A stretch of 4,049 bases of DNA from a plasmid. The notes beneath the pieces were generated by a model. It was not told where the DNA came from and did no database searches. It was given only the letters and a program-made list of their open reading frames with translations. Position 1 is the first letter of the stretch; the number at the start of each line of letters is the position of its first letter. The DNA lies in NCBI RefSeq assembly GCF_054482525.1, contig NZ_JBTHVG010000005.1; one strand, 5' to 3'. Below, in pieces: positions 1-4,049 of the stretch. The position numbers and the translations under genes are program-made.

Positions 1-126
1 AACAGGAAGGATGCGTCAGGATCGTTTTCAGCTCGCTGCATAGCTATGCATGAAAGCGAATGGTGATCACTTTGGGAGCTTACGGTGTTCATACCGTCTG
101 TTTTCGACAGTTTTCTCTCCGGGAAG

Positions 127-474
127 CTAATCTGCCATAAGCCTGGATAACAGGGCACGGTGATACTCCGTAATAGCGATCAGCACCTCCGCATACTCCC
201 TGTCCCCGACACGCTTGCCGTCGATAAAGAGTTTTTTCTGTAACGCCCCCAGTCTCATAACTTCTTTCAGTACCCGATCATCAGTCAGTGAGTTAACTTT
301 CTTACCGAGAGCTGCCGCCCGTAAAAAACCGGAAACGGTCTTGCCGCATTCAGCAGCCCTTTTTCTGATTTCCTGGTCTTCTTCTGCCGTCAGACGAACA
401 GGGCGACTGATAGCCCGCCTGCGCGTATTACTTCCACTTCGTTTTGTCATAAAACATGGCTCCGTATCTGACAT
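127..474 (-). CDS. mobC: MobC-family plasmid mobilisation (relaxosome accessory) protein
   Basis: 115-aa ORF whose core (RLTAEEDQEIRKRAAECGKTVSGFLRAAALGKK...) resembles the MobC/MbeC family of small relaxosome proteins. It reads away from the adjacent bom/oriT-like sequence. An alternative start at M9 (ATG at 450) is preceded by GGAG at about 9 nt spacing and may be the true start. Confidence 0.8.
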   Translation of the reverse strand: MSDTEPCFMTKRSGSNTRRRAISRPVRLTAEEDQEIRKRAAECGKTVSGFLRAAALGKKVNSLTDDRVLKEVMRLGALQKKLFIDGKRVGDREYAEVLIAITEYHRALLSRLMAD

Positions 475-560
475 GGGTGTCGGGGCAAAGCCCTGACCAG
501 GGCAATTGTAATAGCGTGCATGTATGCGCGGTATAACAATTGCACATCCTGTCCTGTCAG
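475..560. other. bom/oriT-like transfer origin region (ColE1 type), nick position not determined
   Basis: Begins GGGTGTCGGGGC, which matches my recollection of the pBR322/ColE1 bom region, followed by the hairpin GCCCTG-acc-CAGGGC (~489-502) and the imperfect inverted repeat GCAATTGTAATA...TATAACAATTGC (~502-543). Lies immediately upstream of mobC. By analogy to the ColE1 nic region the nick would fall near 531/532, but this is not verified. Confidence 0.55.
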
Positions 561-733
561 CAAGCTCGAATTACCGACAAAGGCACGGCAGTTTTTTGGC
601 AGTGACAGTGTTGTCTGACAGAAATGCCCGTCAAAAAGCCAAGCGGCAGAATAGCGGCAGCAAAACAGTCGAAAAGTGGTACGCGATATAATCACACAAC
701 GCAGATGACAGACAGAACGGAGAAAACGAAAAG

Positions 734-928
734 ATGAACAAGCAGCAGCAAGCCGTACTCAACATGGCGGGATTCATAAAAAGTCAGAGCCTGACGCTGC
801 TCGAAAAACTGGACGCACTCAATGCCGACGAACAGGCCGCCATGTGTGAGAAACTGCACGAACTCGCAGAAGAACTCCAGAACAGCATACAGACACGCTT
901 TGAAGCGGAAAATCTTACCGGGATATAA
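734..928 (+). CDS. rop: Rop/Rom (RNA one modulator) protein, copy-number control
   Basis: 64-aa ORF MNKQQQAVLNMAGFIKSQSLTLLEKLDALNADEQAAMCEKLHELAEELQ... closely parallels ColE1/pMB1 Rop (recalled as MTKQEKTALNMARFIRSQTLTLLEKLNELDADEQADICESLH...). A GGAG Shine-Dalgarno lies about 8-13 nt upstream of the ATG (acggagaaaacgaaaagATG). Confidence 0.9.
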   Translation: MNKQQQAVLNMAGFIKSQSLTLLEKLDALNADEQAAMCEKLHELAEELQNSIQTRFEAENLTGI

Positions 929-1544
929 CGCATCCGGACAGGATGCAGAACGGCATAGAGGAGCGTAAGGAGAAAATGTCACATAAGGCGCTCTTCCGCT
1001 TCCTCGCTCACTGACTCGCTACGCTCGGTCGTTCGACTGCGGCGAGCGGTGTCAGCTCACTCAAAGGCGGTAATACGGTTATCCACAGAATCGGGGGATA
1101 AAACCGGAAAGAACATGTGAGCAAAAGACAAAGACCCAGAAGAAGGGCGCGCGGGAGGCGTTTTTCCATAGGCTCCGCCCCCCTGACGAGCATCACAAAA
1201 ATCGACGCTCAAGTCAGAGGTGGCGAAACCCGACAGGACTTAAAGATACCAGGCGTTTCCCCCTGGAAGCTCCCTCGTGCGCTCTCCTGTTCCGACCCTG
1301 CCGCTTACCGGATACCTGTCCGCCTTTCTCCCTTCGGGAAGCGTGGCGCTTTCTCATAGCTCACGCTGTTGGTATCTCGGCCCGGTGTAGGTCGTTCGCT
1401 CCAAGCTGGACTGTATGCACGAACCCCCCGTTCAGTCCGACCGCTGCGCCTTATCCGGTAACTATCGACTTGAATCCAAACCGAGAAGACACGACTTATC
1501 GCCACTGGCAGCAGCCACTGGTAACCGAATTAGAGGAGTTAGCC

Positions 1545-1574
1545 TTGAAGTCATGCGCCTGTTAAGGCTAAACT
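1545..1574 (+). promoter_or_regulatory. RNA I promoter (-35 TTGAAG, -10-like TAAACT)
   Basis: TTGAAG at 1545-1550 and TAAACT at 1569-1574, placed as in the pMB1 RNA I promoter relative to the RNA I 5' end. Confidence 0.6.
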
Positions 1575-1580
1575 GAAAGA

Positions 1581-1685
1581 ACAAGTTTTGGTGACTGCGC
1601 TCCTCCAAGCCAGTTACCTCGGCTCAAAGAGTTGGTAGCTCTGAGAACCTTCGAAAAACCGCCCTGCAAGGCGGTTTTTTCGTTT
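1581..1685 (+). ncRNA. RNAI: RNA I antisense copy-number control RNA
   Basis: ACAAGTTTTGGTGACTGCGCTCCTCCAAGCCAGTTACCTCGGCTCAAAGAGTTGGTAGCTCTGAGAACC...GCGGTTTTTTCGTTT parallels ColE1-family RNA I (pMB1: ACAGTATTTGGTATCTGCGCTCTGCTGAAGCCAGTTACCTTCGG...). It ends in a GC hairpin plus T-run. Confidence 0.85.
1656..1685 (+). terminator. RNA I intrinsic terminator (hairpin plus T-run)
   Basis: aaaaaCCGCCctgcaaGGCGGttttttcgttt: GC-rich stem CCGCC/GGCGG followed by six T. Confidence 0.7.
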
Positions 1686-1695
1686 ACACAGCAAG

Positions 1696-1724
1696 AGATT
1701 ACGACGAGATAGAAAGGATCTCAA
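1696..1724 (-). promoter_or_regulatory. RNA II promoter (-35 TTGAGA, -10 TAATCT)
   Basis: Minus strand reads cTTGAGAtcctttctatctcgtcgTAATCTc with a 17-nt spacer, closely matching the pMB1 RNA II promoter. Confidence 0.7.
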
Positions 1725-1763
1725 GTTCTCATATCATAAAAACAAGCTGACACATCCACGATG

Positions 1764-1967
1764 TTATACCTTTTGAATCGCTACAGCTTTAAACCCTTTA
1801 TCTGTTTTTTCTAATTTAAACCTAACTAAAATACCTTTACATATATCGACATCATGCCCTAAAAACAAAAAATCATCATACCGAAAGAAAACATCACGTC
1901 CACGCTCACGCCTTATAAAGCCATACCCTTTAACATGGTCATAAAAATTAACAAATCCATTTTCCAT
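1764..1967 (-). CDS. Cold-shock-domain (CspA-like) small nucleic-acid-binding protein; candidate retron effector/accessory protein
   Basis: Core GFVNFYDHVKGYGFIRRERGRDVFFRYDDF aligns to the CspA fold (GxVKWFNxxKGFGFI...DVFVHF) with RNP1-like KGYGFI and RNP2-like VFFRY. The ATG at 1967 lies 4 nt after the RT stop (TGA 1972-1974) and is preceded by AGGTGA, indicating translational coupling. The longest ORF extends to an upstream ATG at 2021 (85 aa) overlapping the RT 3' end; the true start is uncertain. Confidence 0.8.
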   Translation of the reverse strand: MENGFVNFYDHVKGYGFIRRERGRDVFFRYDDFLFLGHDVDICKGILVRFKLEKTDKGFKAVAIQKV

Positions 1968-1971
1968 ATAA

Positions 1972-3111
1972 TCACCTATCTGGAAGTAATGCCACGAGCT
2001 TACGTCTATATAGTTTTGCAAGATTCTTATTAGTCCGCCCTACTATATCAAAATCATAGAGCATCCTATCTATTTTCCTAATCTGATCATCAGTTAAAGG
2101 CGGCGTAAACTTATTTAGATAGTGCTTAGCCATCAACTTTAATTTAGATATCTTGTAATCATCATAAACTGGCATTATCTCAGAAAGAATCGCCCTCAAT
2201 TCAACCGCCTGGACATGCCCAAGCCTCGACATTTGAGCAACCTTGCCAGAGCATCTATTCCATAAATCATGGTACTCTTTCGTATGACGTTCATAAGCAC
2301 CTTGTTTTTTACATATATAAACTAAGTACCTGATATAACGTCTATTTTCTTTTGTTAACTTAGGAACACCATGCTTTACCCACAACCCAGTGACACTAAG
2401 TTTAGAAGACGAATCTTTTGAGTGCTCTATCGTTGTCTTACTTTCATTTATTGAAAGTCTGTACTGATTCACCATTCCGTGAACGAGTTTTATTACTTTT
2501 GTTTTTTCCTCTGATGAAAGATCCTTATCAGAGGATATAGTAATATCATCTAAAAGCCTTGAATATGAAAGCCCCATAGACTTCAATCTATTATAGAGAT
2601 TATACTCACTATTAAAAAATAAAAGATTTGCAATATAACTAGAACAGCACCCACCCTGAGGGACCTTATTATTCAACGTCACAAGTTCCGTTAAGCATAA
2701 AGAAACATCAGGAGAAAAACGCATTAAATTTTTAAAAATAGAACAAACATCTTTTTTACTAATGCTGGGATAAAAATTGGTGATATCAAGACATATAACT
2801 GTTCTTTTCCTAGTATGAACAGCGGCATTAGATATATAATCGCGACCACTTAACGCCCCATGCAAATAATGAGGGTAATCAATTTTCTCAAAAATCTCTT
2901 TATTTATTTTTTTTTGAATTCCTTTCAAAGATCTCTTGGGTTCAAAAATTTGCCTTTCTTTTTTATTCTTCCCTGTTTCAACCTTAAACTGCTTGTACGA
3001 CATCGATACAGACTTGACTATCCAGTCCAATCTTTTTCTTTCTATGCCTAACATCGCAGATAAAGAATCCAAAGATGCAACAGGAGTTCCATTAAACCTG
3101 GGTTTATTCAT
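1972..3111 (-). CDS. Retron-type reverse transcriptase
   Basis: 379-aa ORF with RT motifs in order: NAxxH-like SNAAVH (res 95-99), motif A CLDITNFYPSI (catalytic D109), motif B VPQGGCCSSYIANLLF, motif C YSRLLDDITIS (D188, D189) and VTG (res 240-242). It aligns motif by motif with retron Ec86 RT as I recall it (IDLEDFFPSL / LPQGAPSSPKLANL / YTRYADDLTLS / RKVTGLVI). The ATG lies 7 nt after the a2 repeat. Confidence 0.9.
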   Translation of the reverse strand: MNKPRFNGTPVASLDSLSAMLGIERKRLDWIVKSVSMSYKQFKVETGKNKKERQIFEPKRSLKGIQKKINKEIFEKIDYPHYLHGALSGRDYISNAAVHTRKRTVICLDITNFYPSISKKDVCSIFKNLMRFSPDVSLCLTELVTLNNKVPQGGCCSSYIANLLFFNSEYNLYNRLKSMGLSYSRLLDDITISSDKDLSSEEKTKVIKLVHGMVNQYRLSINESKTTIEHSKDSSSKLSVTGLWVKHGVPKLTKENRRYIRYLVYICKKQGAYERHTKEYHDLWNRCSGKVAQMSRLGHVQAVELRAILSEIMPVYDDYKISKLKLMAKHYLNKFTPPLTDDQIRKIDRMLYDFDIVGRTNKNLAKLYRRKLVALLPDR

Positions 3112-3118
3112 GATGTTT

Positions 3119-3401
3119 GAGTTAAAAGTCGATTAGTTAAAAAGTTTCGATACGTAATCTATTACTTTAAACATAATCAAGCACATAGAAAACAAAAACT
3201 GTGTTTTTTTCAGTGCCTCCAGAGAGCCAACCTCTCTTTTTTTCTTCATCTGACCGTCTCCAGAACAAGATGAAGAGCTCTTGGTTACGTTAATGTTGAT
3301 GTTGATAATAAACATGATGCAACTCCTATTGGTTATGAAATTTTGCCAGACCAGTAGGAAAGCAAGGAAAAACTCTATTGGCTCTTTGGGACTTTTAACT
3401 C
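3119..3401 (-). ncRNA. Candidate retron msr/msd non-coding RNA bounded by a1/a2 inverted repeats
   Basis: Perfect 12-bp inverted repeat: plus-strand gagttaaaagtc at 3119-3130 and gacttttaactc at 3390-3401. On the minus strand this gives 5'-GAGTTAAAAGTC (a1) ... about 260 nt ... GACTTTTAACTC (a2), then 7 nt, then the RT ATG. Internal hairpins include CTTCATCT-n16-AGATGAAG, AGAGAG-gttgg-CTCTCT and AAAAAC-aca-GTTTTT. Exact msr/msd boundaries and the priming G are not determined. Confidence 0.6.
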
Positions 3402-3684
3402 ACATTGCCAGACAATCGTCGCTATTCTTTTAGTGCTGATACACGCTCAGGGGCGTTCTCACCATTAATTAGCGGCCAGGCCGGTCATGATCTCATGCGA
3501 GATCGCCTTAAAAACAAGGCATCGGTTTCCTTGCGCAACATACACGTAACCATTTGTTAAAGAGCGAGAGCCAGGCGTGGTTCGCCCGCTTCGCTGATTA
3601 TTATAAAGTTTTTTATCTTTCTGTCACCAACAAGAAAGCGCCTTATCCTGCCAGCGATAGGCTAAAAGGTATGCAGCATGAGAT

Positions 3685-3921
3685 TCAAATCAACTCAGCT
3701 ACAAAGGCCATAACAACAATCCCAACCTCAGCATCGGCACTCAGGATAATTTTTGAACTAGCATCTCTTAAATTCTGACCGTCAAAGGTTGCTACTTTTT
3801 TTAAAGAGGCATCCCTTAAAACCTTGCCATCAAAAGTCGCTATTTTTCTCGAAAAGGCATCTCTTAAGGTTTTACCGTCAAACCGAGCAACGGTTTTTAA
3901 GTCATTGTTTTTATTGAAATA
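3685..3921 (-). pseudogene. Open frame encoding 16-aa tandem protein repeats with a hydrophobic C-terminus; no canonical start codon, so a possible decayed gene or non-canonical initiation
   Basis: Minus-strand frame from the TAA at 3922-3924 to the TGA at 3685-3687 translates to YFNKNNDLKTVARFDGKTLRDAFSRKIATFDGKVLRDASLKKVATFDGQNLRDASSKIILSADAEVGIVVMAFVAELI*. Differences between repeat copies are largely synonymous third-position changes (GCT/GCG/GCA, GAC/GAT, GGT/GGC, AGA/AGG, AAA/AAG). No ATG, GTG or TTG precedes the repeats; the nearest ATG (3903-3905) is offset by 1 nt and gives M-T-stop. Confidence 0.3.
3761..3904. repeat. Three tandem, diverged 48-bp direct repeats
   Basis: Units at 3761-3808, 3809-3856 and 3857-3904 each begin GCATC(T/C)CTTAA and share an (A/G)CC(G/A)TCAAA block and a T-run; identity is roughly 65-75%. 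Confidence 0.85.
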
Positions 3922-3955
3922 TTAATTTCTCACCAATAGTAATTTAACCAATTGT

Positions 3956-3985
3956 ATTTACCATAATCCCTTAATTGTACGCACC
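3956..3985 (-). other. cer: cer-type XerC/XerD site-specific recombination core (plasmid multimer resolution site; accessory arm extends toward and past the window end)
   Basis: Minus strand reads GGTGCGTACAA-TTAAGGGA-TTATGGTAAAT, matching the ColE1 cer core (XerC arm, 8-bp central region, XerD arm) as I recall it. Accessory sequences would lie on the XerC side at 3986-4049 and beyond. Confidence 0.8.
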
Positions 3986-4049
3986 GCTGAAACGCGCTGA
4001 ACGCGATTCTGACGCAGACACCGCAAAAAGAGATGTTTTACCCCGGGAA

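Larger units (their letters stand above)
1130..1688 (-). ncRNA. RNAII: RNA II replication primer precursor (approximate extent, from promoter to origin)
   Basis: A minus-strand promoter of the pMB1 RNA II type (TTGAGA -35, 17-bp spacer, TAATCT -10) sits at 1696-1724. The downstream region is complementary to RNA I and continues through conserved ColE1-type primer sequence to the origin. Ends are approximate. Confidence 0.75.
990..1730. other. ColE1/p15A-type replication origin region (oriV with RNA II primer region and RNA I/RNA II promoters)
   Basis: Long stretches match the canonical ColE1-family origin from memory (gcgctcttccgcttcctcgctcactgactcgct..., ggtaatacggttatccacagaatc, cgtttttccataggctccgcccccctgacgagcatcacaaaaatcgacgctcaagtcagaggtggcgaaacccgacaggact, ccagttacctcgg...agagttggtagctc). 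The RNA/DNA switch point is estimated near 1120-1150. Confidence 0.9.

Noticed and set aside
215-496. 93-aa plus-strand ORF antisense to mobC
   Set aside because: It lies entirely inside the better-supported mobC on the opposite strand, has no recognisable domain, and is a typical shadow ORF.
930-946. Hairpin GCATCC-ggaca-GGATGC just after the rop stop codon as a rop terminator
   Set aside because: No U-tract follows the stem, so it does not meet intrinsic terminator criteria; it may be incidental or a weak structural element.
447-982. Minus-strand ORFs 447-695 (82 aa) and 692-982 (96 aa) overlapping the oriT region and rop
   Set aside because: They overlap the well-supported rop gene and the bom-like non-coding region in antisense; no motifs or ribosome-binding sites. 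Likely spurious.
1008-1505. ORFs 1008-1196 (-), 1117-1359 (+) and 1305-1505 (-) inside the origin
   Set aside because: They fall within the conserved ColE1-type RNA II primer and origin sequence, which is non-coding in all characterised ColE1 replicons; arginine/proline-rich low-complexity translations.
1972-3111. RT considered as a group II intron maturase, DGR RT or Abi-type RT
   Set aside because: At 379 aa there is no maturase/X or endonuclease extension, no flanking intron RNA domains and no TR/VR repeat pair. The NAxxH-like and VTG signatures plus the flanking a1/a2 repeat fit a retron better; without a phylogeny an Abi/UG-type RT cannot be completely excluded.
2860-3136. Plus-strand ORFs 2860-3051 and 2936-3136 antisense within the RT gene
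   Set aside because: Shadow ORFs in an AT-rich region with low-complexity F/L-rich products; the RT on the opposite strand carries clear catalytic motifs.
3133-3315. 60-aa minus-strand ORF (MFIINININVTKSSSS...) between the a1 and a2 repeats
   Set aside because: It lies inside the candidate msr/msd and is low-complexity; its bases are better explained as structured ncRNA. A leader peptide cannot be fully excluded.
3554-3778. 74-aa plus-strand ORF with a TTG start
   Set aside because: Non-ATG start with no clear Shine-Dalgarno and no recognisable motifs; it partly overlaps in antisense the minus-strand frame that shows a coding-like substitution pattern.
3761-3904. Tandem repeats considered as a CRISPR array or replication iterons
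   Set aside because: The units are directly contiguous with no spacers and are diverged rather than identical, so not CRISPR. Variation concentrated at codon third positions in one frame favours coding repeats over iterons, and a ColE1-type replicon does not use iterons.

Overview
This window looks like part of a small ColE1/p15A-family mobilisable plasmid carrying a retron as cargo. The backbone comprises a MobC-family relaxosome gene (127-474, -), a bom/oriT-like region (~475-560), rop (734-928, +), and a ColE1-type origin with RNA II (-) and antisense RNA I (+, 1581-1685). Directly upstream of the RNA II promoter sits a visibly AT-rich island (~1764-3401), all on the minus strand. It holds a structured non-coding region bounded by a perfect 12-bp inverted repeat (candidate msr/msd with a1/a2), a 379-aa retron-type reverse transcriptase, and a small cold-shock-domain protein that starts 4 nt after the RT stop. 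The RT has LLDD where retron RTs usually have YxDD. Beyond the retron are an uncharacterised region, three tandem 48-bp repeats that read as 16-aa protein repeats in a minus-strand frame with no start codon, and an exact cer-type XerC/XerD core (3956-3985). No relaxase gene is visible; only a possible 8-codon remnant follows mobC. All calls are from reading the sequence and recalled family knowledge; no database search was run.
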